A stretch of 64,000 nt of DNA from Halobacteriota archaeon (GTDB taxonomy: Archaea; Halobacteriota; Syntropharchaeia; DAOWMC01): assembly GCA_034190245.1 (NCBI GenBank), contig JAXHTJ010000001.1, positions 7,597 through 71,596 on the forward strand, read 5' to 3'. Below are positions 1 to 9,829 of the stretch, in pieces (the first letter of the stretch is position 1; every line of letters starts with the position of its first letter). Under the pieces are notes generated by a model. It was given only the letters and a program-made list of their open reading frames with translations. It did not search any database and had not been told where the DNA came from. The position numbers and the translations under genes were made by a program.

Positions 1-2921
1 TTCGTTATTTTCTACCCTAACCGAAACATCTGTCGTCTCACCGAGATAAAGATCAGTTGGGGGCGTATCATCGCCTTCTGAGTCGAATACATAGATCGAT
101 GTCGATTTTTCCTTTGTAACAACCGAGACAGGCTCTATCTTTACATCATCCATCCAAACGGTCACAGGGAAGTTTTTAGACCATTCCTTTGCGTATAGGC
201 GCAAATCAAGTCTATTTTTTCCCTGATCCAGCGTAATGGGAATCTGAATCTGCTGCCACTCCTCATCCCCGGCTACATCATCTTCCCAGATAACGATACC
301 ATTTAGCAAAGCCTGCTTGAATAAGACTCCCTCTGAACGGTTTATCTTGTAAGAGTCGATCATCTTGAAGGATAGAGCTGCCAAACCTTCATCTGATTCT
401 ATCTCCTGAGATATCCCTCCATAATACCCTTCTTCAATTATTGTTTCTGATGGGTACTCCACCTGGTACAGACTCTCTGGAAGGGCCCTGAGTTCAATAT
501 CCAGATATACTATCTGACCGCTCTTTATGGTAAACTCTATCTCGTCGGCGTATATACTTGGCAGCACATTCAACCATAGGTGTCCAGAAGCAACTTCTAA
601 CTCATAATATCCGCTTCCATCTGTTATCGTCGATTCTTCGTACTTGAAGCGATCGGTTACATGGATCTCTACACCAGGAAGCATTGTGCCATTGTAAGAG
701 ATGTATCCGCTGATTGTTGATGGTGGTGGAACCGGATTGAGCGTCATATTCACCGTCTTACTTTCAAGATAATCGACATTGAACTCGTTTTCGTTCCAGA
801 AGTATCCACCTTTGTTTGCTCTCAAAACCATCTCTCCCGCTATGATGTTTAACTCATAATAACCCGTTGAATTGGTACGTGTTCGGGCGCGATATCCGCT
901 TGCAGTCACACCTACATCTGCATCCGGGATAAAAGCACCGGTTCTATTGTCATATATATATCCTCTAACTATCGATCTTTCAGGCTCCAATCTCACATCG
1001 CCACTCGCCAATCCCGAGAACTCGAACCTTTCCTTTTTTGACATGTAACCATCTGCATCGGCCGAGATATATGACGATCCTGCAATTATTCTCGTCTCGA
1101 AGTAACCCTTCCGGTCAGTTGTCAGCTGCTTTTCAAAACCGTAACCACTGGTAATCTTGATACTAGCGTTTGGGATGGGTGAACCCGTCACATTATCTAT
1201 GGCATACCCCTTTACAATAGCAAGCCATTCCGGTAATCCGGCAGTTTCGTCATCAGCTTTTGCAATCGAAAAAAGATTAGATAGTAAACCAAAAGCACCC
1301 TTCCCGGGAATAACATACGTCTTAGGTTCAAGCCCTATATCAACGGAGGAGTTACCAGATATGTAAAACTCAAAGCTCTCTTCAATGTAACCATCTGCTC
1401 TTGTTGTTATTATAGACTGTCCAGGTAGTGCTACCATCTCAAAGTAGCCTATATCATTGGTTGTTGTACTTAAATCATAGCCAGAAGCCAAAATATTAAC
1501 CTCTGCGTCCGGTATCGGTAAACCTGTCATGTAATCTGTAACGCGCCCTTCAACAACATACAACCACTCCGTCGATTCGAGGGGCAGAGTCTCAATTGTC
1601 AAGTTCAGCAGGTATAACTCTTCCAGAGTCAAATTGAATGGCATTTCAGTTATTAGAGGTTCATTTATTATGTTCAGGAGAAATTTCTCGTCCTCTGCTA
1701 CACTCACATTAACGTAACTTCTTTCATAGCCGTTAGCACGTGACTCGATCCAGAAGTGGTCGGCAATTGTCTGCATCTCATAGTATCCGCTTTCGTTTGT
1801 TGTATTAGACCTCTCATATCCATAGCGGTTTGTGATACTTATGCGAGCGTTCTCTACTGGGAGGCCGGTCTGATTATCAGTGACATAACCGAAGATCGTT
1901 GAATTCTCCGAAAAAGAGTAAAATTTTGTGAGATGCCCCCTGAAGTTAAGTGAGTTATTTGTCATAGTCCAACCTCCTATCCGTTCCATATCCTCGTTTC
2001 TTATCTGTGGCAGCTCTGAAAGGGCATACGCTTCAAGTATTTTCAGGTTATCGTAGTCTATACTGGAATCCACCCACAGGTGTACAGATCTGTATGGTTC
2101 TTGTAGATCATCCTTGTACAATAATAACTGAAGTTTAAGGTTTTTACCAACATGTTTTGGGGTGAATGATAGGTTATGAACCCATTTCCAGTCATGATCG
2201 AGCCAAAATTCTTCTCGATTGAGCAGATAATCTTCGAGTCTCACCTCGAGCGTATAGTTTGCTGGAGCATGTTCATAGTTCTCCACGCCGACTGTGATCG
2301 TTGTGGGTTCCAAAAGATATAGGTCGGTTGGGTAATTCTCCGCCTTGCCGCCCTCGCCAAGAATATAAAGGGTTGTGAACTTCTCCTCCTCAAACGTTAT
2401 CTTAGCAAAGACGAGTATACCGCTTGCTATGATTATCGATCCTACAAGTGCTATTATAAGTGCCTTCTCAATCTCGGTTGGCTCCTCTGTATCCCTTCTT
2501 ATCAAGTCTATAAAATTTGAGACAGTTAAAAGATTGAAGGTGAACCTCTCATCTTTCGGGGTCCTCCACCTAACAATGATGGTGATGAGCACAAGAATGA
2601 GAGTTATCATTGATAGCGACAGAACAAGGGGCATGGGTCTGAAACGCCACTGTGTGACGCTAATGGCAAACCCATCGAAGACAAATATAGCGATGCTCAT
2701 TCCTATTCCCAGAGTGAACCTCTCGATTCCACTGAGGTCACTTCTTCTCGGAAACATAGCAGATATTAGCGCATATCCCGGTAGGAATAGCAAGATCGGT
2801 AGAGAGAATATAATCCGGAGTGGAGTTTGATTGAAAGGAGAAACAAGAGTGAATAATATGGAGAGCGCCATAAATAGAATTACAAGCACCAGATCTGATG
2901 ATAACCCGTATATCCATTTTG
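1..2921 (-). CDS. Large surface/membrane protein, partial (C-terminus lies before window start). N-terminal multi-TM segment resembling DUF1616, followed by many ~100-aa carboxypeptidase-regulatory-like (CarboxypepD_reg / Cna-B-like) repeats
   Basis: Reverse-strand translation from ATG at 2921 (MANSKWIYGLSSDLVLVILFMALSILF...) runs open to position 1. It shows repeated units of the type xTGxPIxNAxVxIxxSGYxxxxxTDxxGYYE. This ORF is absent from the supplied ORF track because its stop lies outside the window. Confidence 0.55.
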
Positions 2922-3014
2922 AGTTAGCCATTTTTATATCTGTTGTGTTCAATTCTATAAATGCTTTTTTAACGAGAGGGTCTATCTGGGGGTCTTAAAT
3001 CAAAGGATGAGTCC

Positions 3015-4790
3015 TCAGTCCATAAGCCTCTTGATCGAGTATAAACCGGCACCCATGATGAGCAGCACCAATGCCAAAACAATGAATATTGAGGTGTCCT
3101 TGCCACCACCGTCCCCATTCCAATCGTGCATAAAAACTTGCGTAAAGTACTCTGAGACATCCTGATTTTCAACTATAACACCCACTTCCCTGCTGTATGT
3201 TGGACTGTCCTTATTCCAGTTGATGCTCGATACCAGGGTCTTGTCTCCATCAACGATCACCCCTTTTGTGTGCACTTTATCCAGATCTAATTCACCATTT
3301 ATCAGTCTTCCCTCCAGATTGAGCCCCTCATCTTCTGCTATGCCGTTGACGTATGAGACCGTTTCGGTGTTGGAGGCCACATTGTACCAGCTACTGTCCA
3401 AGAGTATCTTCACCTCGCAGCCCCTTCTTGCCGCATCAATCGCCGATTCCAGATATAAATTTGGTTCATCATCCCACTCCTTATGGACGTAAAGCTGCTC
3501 GATGTAAACACTCTTCTTTGCGGAGTTCATCAATCCCAGGACAGTCTCGTTCAAAAGAGAGGTATCCGGGGCAATTACGGGCGTGACTGTAAAATCACCC
3601 GTTATCTCCCTTGATTCGAAGATGGGATCATATCTTCCTCCTTGAATCGTTATTTGTGGAATGTCCCTGTCAAATTCTTTGGCAGGTATAATGTCATCAC
3701 CCACCCAATCGTCATTAAAAAGTTCAGTAAAGTAGGATGTGACATCTGCATCCTCAATTGCGATACCCCAGCCTCTACTCCCGAATGTGCTATCAATCGG
3801 CACTCCGGTGTATTTGAAGTTCTCGGTGAGGATGAGTGTTGTCACGTTGTCGATGAGCATGTACTTTGCATGGATGAATCTGTATCTATCGGGCATTGTT
3901 TCGTTCCCACGCATGAAGGATACAGACCCATTGGCACCTACAATCTCGCTTGCAATGAAGAGTTCTTCATCCTCGATGCCTCCGATAGGCCCTCCTTCCA
4001 GCAAGACTCTAACACTGATGCCCCGTTTCGTGGCGTCGATTACGTGCTCCATGATCTTTAGATTGTCAAACTCGTATACGCATATATCAAGAGAGGACTT
4101 CGCAGCGTCTATCGCCCCTGTGACTTCTTTGTAACTGCTGTCAGGAGAGACAAAGACTCTCACGTCTCCATGGAAATCGAATCTCTCAACCGGGAACCGG
4201 GACTGCCCCAGATAATATATCCGCGACTCATCCCAATCACTCTTTGAATCGGTATCAACGACTCCATTTCTCTGAAGGATCTCGCCTTCGTGCGCCTTCC
4301 CTATGGTTGGACCGGACCAACCCTGCCCGATGTATTCGGAGTCTCCATAAATAACAACGTCGATCAAATTTCCATCGCTATCAAACAGTAGCAGTTCATC
4401 CCCGTCATTACTGAGGCGGATAGTACCTCCAGGCATCCGGGGGGTGTCTGGACTCGGGTCCGAAACGTACACAAAATCTGCAGTCTTTTTACTCTGCTCA
4501 CTGAATCGGAGGGCGTTCCTTGTGATATATATCGTCTTTTCTCCTTCGATAAAAGTGCCTTGGGGGAAGGATATGTTGGCTTCGATATCGCTGATTGCCC
4601 AGCCTGATATCTCGATCGAATAATTGGTTGGATTGCAGATCGCTATGTATTCGTCCAAGTCATTCTTGGTGTAGGTGTTCGGATAAAACTCGAATATTAT
4701 CGGATGATTAACTGAAGCAGAGGCCACTTGAAAAGACAACGGCAATAGCAGGAGAATGATTATAACTTGGGTAGAGTATCTTCCCTTCAA
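3015..4790 (-). CDS. Secreted phospholipase-D-superfamily protein with N-terminal lamin-tail-like (LTD) domain and C-terminal TM anchor
   Basis: Signal-peptide-like N-terminus (LLLLPLSFQVASA). Two HKD motifs (HAKYMLIDNVT; HTKGVIVDGDKTLVSSINWN). C-terminal hydrophobic tail IFIVLALVLLIMGAGLYSI. Confidence 0.65.
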   Translation of the reverse strand: MKGRYSTQVIIILLLLPLSFQVASASVNHPIIFEFYPNTYTKNDLDEYIAICNPTNYSIEISGWAISDIEANISFPQGTFIEGEKTIYITRNALRFSEQSKKTADFVYVSDPSPDTPRMPGGTIRLSNDGDELLLFDSDGNLIDVVIYGDSEYIGQGWSGPTIGKAHEGEILQRNGVVDTDSKSDWDESRIYYLGQSRFPVERFDFHGDVRVFVSPDSSYKEVTGAIDAAKSSLDICVYEFDNLKIMEHVIDATKRGISVRVLLEGGPIGGIEDEELFIASEIVGANGSVSFMRGNETMPDRYRFIHAKYMLIDNVTTLILTENFKYTGVPIDSTFGSRGWGIAIEDADVTSYFTELFNDDWVGDDIIPAKEFDRDIPQITIQGGRYDPIFESREITGDFTVTPVIAPDTSLLNETVLGLMNSAKKSVYIEQLYVHKEWDDEPNLYLESAIDAARRGCEVKILLDSSWYNVASNTETVSYVNGIAEDEGLNLEGRLINGELDLDKVHTKGVIVDGDKTLVSSINWNKDSPTYSREVGVIVENQDVSEYFTQVFMHDWNGDGGGKDTSIFIVLALVLLIMGAGLYSIKRLMD

Positions 4791-5395
4791 TCCAATCCCA
4801 ATTTGCTTCTTATCTTCACCACATTTTTCTCTACACTCTTGTTAACCTTCTCGTACAGGCTGTTACCATGTGCATCTATACCCACTGTTAGAGGGCCGAA
4901 ATCTTTTGCCTCAAATATCCATAGAGCCTCTGGCATCCCTATATCGAGCCAATGGACACCTTTCACCGCCGTCACGCCTTTTGCGGCAAGTATTGCAGCT
5001 CCACCCGTCATCGCCAGATACACGCAGCCGTATTCCTTCATAGCGTTTATCGTGGGCATGCTCATACCTCCTTTGCCGATTATCGCCCTTGCATTGAAGT
5101 TCTTTATGTAATCTGGTTCGAGCGAGTTCATCCTTGAACTGGTCGTGGGCCCAGCGGCAACCAATTCCCATCCTCCATTCTTCTCCATTACTATCGGACC
5201 GCAGTGAAATACTGCCGCACCATTTAGATCTACGGGTAAGTCTTCACCCTCTTCGTGATACTCCAGCGCCCTCATGTGGGCTTCATCCCTCGACGTGTAG
5301 ATCACGCCATCTAAATAGACGATATCTCCCAACTTCAGACTGCGCACATCTTCTTCATCTATCGGGGTTGTCAATCTAACATCCATATCAACCAC
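4787..5395 (-). CDS. Class I (Fe-S) fumarate hydratase / hydro-lyase beta subunit
   Basis: 202-aa protein homologous to the FumA C-terminal domain / TtdB. It overlaps the alpha-subunit gene by 4 nt, as expected for an operon. Confidence 0.8.
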   Translation of the reverse strand: MVDMDVRLTTPIDEEDVRSLKLGDIVYLDGVIYTSRDEAHMRALEYHEEGEDLPVDLNGAAVFHCGPIVMEKNGGWELVAAGPTTSSRMNSLEPDYIKNFNARAIIGKGGMSMPTINAMKEYGCVYLAMTGGAAILAAKGVTAVKGVHWLDIGMPEALWIFEAKDFGPLTVGIDAHGNSLYEKVNKSVEKNVVKIRSKLGLD

Positions 5396-5399
5396 TCCT

Positions 5400-6263
5400 T
5401 CAGTCTAAGTACTCTACCTTTCCATCCGGATATAACCTCGCAGAAGCTCTACGGGCCGCCCAACACTGTATATTTATGGCAACAGGCAAGCTTGCTGTAT
5501 GGCAATACGCCTTCTCGATATTTACGCCGAGAAGCGTCGTCTTTCCTCCCATGCCCATGGGACCGATTCCAGTATCATTTAATGCATCGAGAAGCTCTCC
5601 TTCCAGAGTCGCTACATCTTTATCTGCATGCCTCTTGTCTATCGGCCTGAGTAATGCTTCTTTTGCAAGTTTCATCGATATATCTGCGGACCCACCTATT
5701 CCCATGCCCATTATTATGGGCGGGCAGGGTTTTCCTCCCGCATTTACAACCGTATTTAATGCAAACTCCTTGATCCCGGAAATTCCCATTGACGGGGGTA
5801 ACATCACAAGGGCGCTCATATTCTCAGATCCCGCCCCTTTTGGGAAAGCACAGATCTCCATATACTCCTTGTCAGTTATCTTATAATTTATGAACGGCAT
5901 TCTTACTCCAACGTTTGTTCCCGGGTTTTCCCTTGTTAACGGATCTACCGCATTGGGTCGTAGAGGTACTATTTTAGTCGCCTCCATAACGCCTTTTCTT
6001 ATCGCCTCTTCGACATTCTGCGCCTCCCCTCTTCCAAGGCTGACGTAGAATATATGGATTCCCGTGTCCTGGCACATCGGCAGACTCTTCTCGTCCGCGA
6101 TAGCAATGTTATCAAGTATTGCCTGAAGCTGCATCCTCGGTACATCATCTTCTTCTCTTTCGTAGCCCTTCTGTAGAGCATCCTTAATGTCAGAAGGGAG
6201 CCCCGTAGACGCCTTCTTCAAAAGCTGGATAGTGGTTTTACTGATCAAATCCTCGGATATCAT
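5400..6263 (-). CDS. Class I (Fe-S) fumarate hydratase / hydro-lyase alpha subunit
   Basis: 287-aa protein homologous to the FumA N-terminal catalytic domain (…PMCQDTGI… Cys ligands). Confidence 0.8.
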   Translation of the reverse strand: MISEDLISKTTIQLLKKASTGLPSDIKDALQKGYEREEDDVPRMQLQAILDNIAIADEKSLPMCQDTGIHIFYVSLGRGEAQNVEEAIRKGVMEATKIVPLRPNAVDPLTRENPGTNVGVRMPFINYKITDKEYMEICAFPKGAGSENMSALVMLPPSMGISGIKEFALNTVVNAGGKPCPPIIMGMGIGGSADISMKLAKEALLRPIDKRHADKDVATLEGELLDALNDTGIGPMGMGGKTTLLGVNIEKAYCHTASLPVAINIQCWAARRASARLYPDGKVEYLD

Positions 6264-6417
6264 TTACTCCACCTTATTTCAAGAAGATTAACGCTATACT
6301 TTTTAATCCTTTCCTTTCACTTGCAAAGCTTTACACACGCAATAAAGAAAAGTATATTAGTGTTAACGTACATGACGTATTGCTATTGCTTTGACATGTA
6401 TTGAAGCTGTGATAAAA

Positions 6418-6873
6418 ATGACCGATTTATCCAATCAAAAGAGAATGGCATCTGAGATCATGGGTGTCGGGATCCACCGAGTATGGATGGATCCAGAAGC
6501 CGCGGAAGATATAGCTACAGTGATAACACGAGAAGATATCAGGGATCTTATAGCAGAGGGTATCATTAAACAAAAACAGAAGAAGGGAATAAGCCGGGGT
6601 AGAGCACGGGCAAGAGCTGCGAAGCGGGCTTATGGGCATAGAAAAGGGCACGGATCAAGAAAAGGTGCGAAAGGTGCCAGATCCCCGAGAAAAGAGCAAT
6701 GGATGCGAAAGATAAGGGCTTTGAGAAGGAGACTGAAAGAGCTTAGAGCCGATGGCACTCTTGATGTAACAACATACAGAAAGATGTACAACAAAGCCAA
6801 GGGCGGAGAATTCAGAAACGTCTCCCATCTGAACAATTATCTTAAATCTAAAGGTTATATTAATGAGGAGTAA
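6418..6873 (+). CDS. rpl19e: 50S ribosomal protein L19e
   Basis: [27 protein letters not shown]… is a typical L19e N-terminus. I chose the internal ATG at 6418 rather than the track start at 6391. Confidence 0.9.
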   Translation: MTDLSNQKRMASEIMGVGIHRVWMDPEAAEDIATVITREDIRDLIAEGIIKQKQKKGISRGRARARAAKRAYGHRKGHGSRKGAKGARSPRKEQWMRKIRALRRRLKELRADGTLDVTTYRKMYNKAKGGEFRNVSHLNNYLKSKGYINEE

Positions 6874-6875
6874 TA

Positions 6876-7388
6876 ATGGCAAGAGGACCTAATTATCGAG
6901 TTCCATTCAGGAGAAGAAGAGAGGGCAAGACGAACTATAGGAGACGGATCAAGCTACTTGTCTCAAACAAGCCCAGATTGGTGATAAGGAAGAGTAATAA
7001 ACACATAAGTTTGCAACTTGCGATACCGAAGAACGAAGGGGATGAGACTTTACTGACTGTCAGATCCACTGACCTTGCGAAGTATGGTTACAAAGGCAAC
7101 ACAGGAAATATACCTGCTGCTTATCTGACAGGGTTGTTATTTGGGATGAAAGCAGTATCTGATGGGTACAAGGAAGCAATTCTGGACATTGGACTGCAGA
7201 CATCGACACCGGGTTCACGTATTTATGCGGCATTGAAGGGTGCTATAGACGGGGGGATTGTTGCCCCATGTGATGAATCTGTGTTGCCAAATGAAGAACG
7301 AATTAAGGGAGATCATACATCTATTGCTGATCTACCCGATCATTTTGATTCTGTGAAGGGAAAAATATTGGACGTGTTTGGGGTGTAG
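6876..7388 (+). CDS. rpl18: 50S ribosomal protein L18 (uL18)
   Basis: [24 protein letters not shown]… is the canonical archaeal uL18 start. The gene is 3 nt downstream of L19e. Confidence 0.9.
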   Translation: MARGPNYRVPFRRRREGKTNYRRRIKLLVSNKPRLVIRKSNKHISLQLAIPKNEGDETLLTVRSTDLAKYGYKGNTGNIPAAYLTGLLFGMKAVSDGYKEAILDIGLQTSTPGSRIYAALKGAIDGGIVAPCDESVLPNEERIKGDHTSIADLPDHFDSVKGKILDVFGV

Positions 7389-7389
7389 A

Positions 7390-8013
7390 ATGGTTCAAGA
7401 GTATGAAGAAGATTGGATTCCAAAAACCAGACTGGGTAGAATGGTAACTGAAGATAAAATTACCACCATAGAGGAGGCATTAGAATCAGGAATGGCGCTA
7501 AGGGAATATCAGATCGTCGATTTACTTGTGCCTGAACTGAGGGACGAGATACTTGATATAAATATGGTCCAGCGGATGACTGACTCTGGAAGGAGGGTGA
7601 AGTTCAGAGTTGTGGTTGCAGTTGGAAATGAGGATGGTTTCGTCGGAGTGGGGCAGGCGAGAGACGCCCAGGTCGGCCCTGCGATTAAAAAAGCGATAAA
7701 TGATGCAAAGTTGAACCTGATCAATGTTAAGCGGGGCTGTGGTTCCTGGGAGTGTGATTGTGAGCATGGGCACTCCATTCCATTTGAGGTGACCGGCAAA
7801 TGCGGTAGTGTTCAAGTTACCCTGAAGCCAGCACCGATGGGACTCGGTCTTGCATGTGGTGAGACGGCGAAGAAGGTTCTTGAATTGGGTGGTATAAAAG
7901 ATATCTGGGCAAAGTCCAAAGGGAGGACGCGTACCACACTGAACTTCGCAAAGGCGACGTTTGATGCATTGAAGATGACGACCGCTGTAAAACTCCCGCC
8001 GCAAGCTAAATAA
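7390..8013 (+). CDS. rps5: 30S ribosomal protein S5 (uS5)
   Basis: Carries the dsRBD-like and S5 C-terminal motifs (…[28 protein letters not shown]…). The ATG at 7390 lies 2 nt after the L18 stop; the track's TTG start at 7378 is less likely. Confidence 0.9.
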   Translation: MVQEYEEDWIPKTRLGRMVTEDKITTIEEALESGMALREYQIVDLLVPELRDEILDINMVQRMTDSGRRVKFRVVVAVGNEDGFVGVGQARDAQVGPAIKKAINDAKLNLINVKRGCGSWECDCEHGHSIPFEVTGKCGSVQVTLKPAPMGLGLACGETAKKVLELGGIKDIWAKSKGRTRTTLNFAKATFDALKMTTAVKLPPQAK

Positions 8014-8015
8014 AT

Positions 8016-9173
8016 ATGGAGAAATCAAAAGTTGCACTTGTAAGATGCGAGTCATATGATGAAGGTGAAGTACAAAAGGCTGTCGAAGAAGGGATAGGCC
8101 TTCTTGGTGGGATTGCGAGTTTTATAGAAGCTAATGAGAAGATAGTAATAAAACCGAATCTCCTGTTTGGCGCAAAGCCTGAAAAATGCGTAAACCCCCA
8201 TCCATCCATATTTAAAGCTCTGGGAAACCTGCTAATAGAAGCCGGTGCTGAAGTGTATTGTGGAGATTCTCCCGGGTTTGGAAGATGCGAAAGGCAGATG
8301 GAACGGGCAGGATTGAAGCAGGTGGCCGATGAACTCGGAATAAAACTTGCCGATTTTGATAATGGTAGACCGGTCAGCCATAAAGATGCGCTACTCAATA
8401 AAAGGTTCGTCATTGCAAATGGTGTTCTTGATTCAGATGGCCTCATAAACCTCTCCAAATTGAAGACTCATCAGCTAACAAGACTTACCGGTGCCATTAA
8501 AAACCAGTTCGGCTGTGTTCCCGGTGTCAGAAAGGGTGAACATCACGTGAAGATGCCAGATCCATACGATTTCTCGAAAATGCTCATCGATTTGAACACA
8601 CTCACAAAGGCGCGCTTGTACATAATGGATGCTGTTATAGCAATGGAGGGTAACGGTCCGAGAAGCGGAGATCCAAAGAGGCTGAATGCTCTTTTGTTCT
8701 CAAGTGACCCCATAGCTCTGGATTCTGTCGCCTGCAAGATTGTAGATCTCGATGCAGAAGTTATCCCAACATCAAAGATCGGCGAGAAGGCCGGACTTGG
8801 AACGTATCATTACGAGAATATCGAGATAGTCGGAGATGAAGTAGAATCGTTCGTCGATAAAAGCTTCAATATAATTCGAAAGGCTCCGAGATCGTTCAAG
8901 GGTGGACGATTGAGGGCTTTCATAAGAAATCGAGTATCACCAAGGCCGGTTATAAACGATGAAAAATGTGATATATGTGGAACTTGTGTCAAGATGTGTC
9001 CTGTAGATCCAAAATCTGTCAACTGGCATACGGGTGACAAAAAGATACCACCCACCTATAAGTATGACCGATGTATCCGCTGTTATTGCTGCCAGGAGTT
9101 GTGCCCTGAGGGTGCTATCACTGTTGAGAATACCCTGCTTGGCAGAGTGGCGGAAAGGATCTTGTTAAGGTGA
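8016..9173 (+). CDS. DUF362-domain protein with C-terminal 2x[4Fe-4S] ferredoxin domain
   Basis: 385-aa protein whose C-terminus carries CDICGTCVKMCP and CIRCYCCQELCPEGAI cysteine clusters. The N-terminal region is DUF362-like. Confidence 0.6.
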   Translation: MEKSKVALVRCESYDEGEVQKAVEEGIGLLGGIASFIEANEKIVIKPNLLFGAKPEKCVNPHPSIFKALGNLLIEAGAEVYCGDSPGFGRCERQMERAGLKQVADELGIKLADFDNGRPVSHKDALLNKRFVIANGVLDSDGLINLSKLKTHQLTRLTGAIKNQFGCVPGVRKGEHHVKMPDPYDFSKMLIDLNTLTKARLYIMDAVIAMEGNGPRSGDPKRLNALLFSSDPIALDSVACKIVDLDAEVIPTSKIGEKAGLGTYHYENIEIVGDEVESFVDKSFNIIRKAPRSFKGGRLRAFIRNRVSPRPVINDEKCDICGTCVKMCPVDPKSVNWHTGDKKIPPTYKYDRCIRCYCCQELCPEGAITVENTLLGRVAERILLR

Positions 9174-9186
9174 TTGTTTTGAATAC

Positions 9187-9205
9187 CTTCCTTTGGGAAG
9201 TTTTT
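9187..9205 (+). terminator. Hairpin (cttcc-tttg-ggaag) followed by T5 just after the DUF362 gene
   Basis: Read directly from the sequence at 9187-9205. Confidence 0.3.
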
Positions 9206-9245
9206 AAGTATCTCAGAAGAAGATAATTTTCAGTCTGGTGTTAAT

Positions 9246-9725
9246 GTGATAATCGGGGTAATTTCGGATACGCATCTGCCAGTGAGGGCGAAAAGGCTTC
9301 CGGAGGAACTCGTCAACCGATTGAAGGATGTTGACCTGATACTGCATGCTGGAGATTTTGAGGAGATGAATGCCCTCAGAGAGATACAAAATATTGGAGA
9401 GGTAAAGGCGGTTCATGGCAACATGGACTCACTTGGGCTCAAGAGAGAGTTGCCAGAAAAGGTGGTCTTTGAAGCCGAAGGATTCAAAATTGGAATCACC
9501 CATGGATCAGGCCCACCGATTGGACTGGAGAAGAGGGTGAAAGCAAAGCTTCCTGATGTCGATGTAATCGTGTATGGGCACTCTCACAAGCCAAAAAATG
9601 AAGTGATAGGTGGGACTCTATTCTTCAACCCCGGCAGCCCAACAGACAAAATCTTCGCACCATTCAAATCCTTTGGAATACTCAAAATTGGAGAAGAAGT
9701 TAAGGGCGATATAATTAAGTTTTGA
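9246..9725 (+). CDS. Metallophosphoesterase, YfcE/MJ0936 family
   Basis: Motifs GVISDTH, HAGD, GNMD and GHSH spaced as in calcineurin-like phosphoesterases. Confidence 0.7.
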   Translation: MIIGVISDTHLPVRAKRLPEELVNRLKDVDLILHAGDFEEMNALREIQNIGEVKAVHGNMDSLGLKRELPEKVVFEAEGFKIGITHGSGPPIGLEKRVKAKLPDVDVIVYGHSHKPKNEVIGGTLFFNPGSPTDKIFAPFKSFGILKIGEEVKGDIIKF

Positions 9726-9829
9726 GGGGAAGGGAATGTCAATAACTCCTGATAAATAATATGACAAAGTCAAGGTATACAATCAAAGAAAACTTTCATA
9801 TCCAATCGGCATAAACTCATCATGAAGAT

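Noticed and set aside
2375-2830. 151-aa plus-strand ORF (and other small ORFs up to ~2900) inside the first 2.9 kb
   Set aside because: Antisense to a much longer, repeat-structured minus-strand coding frame (surface protein). Low-complexity translation, no RBS.
3220-4134. Several 77-139-aa plus-strand ORFs overlapping the PLD-like gene
   Set aside because: Antisense shadows of the 591-aa minus-strand gene; no recognisable domains.
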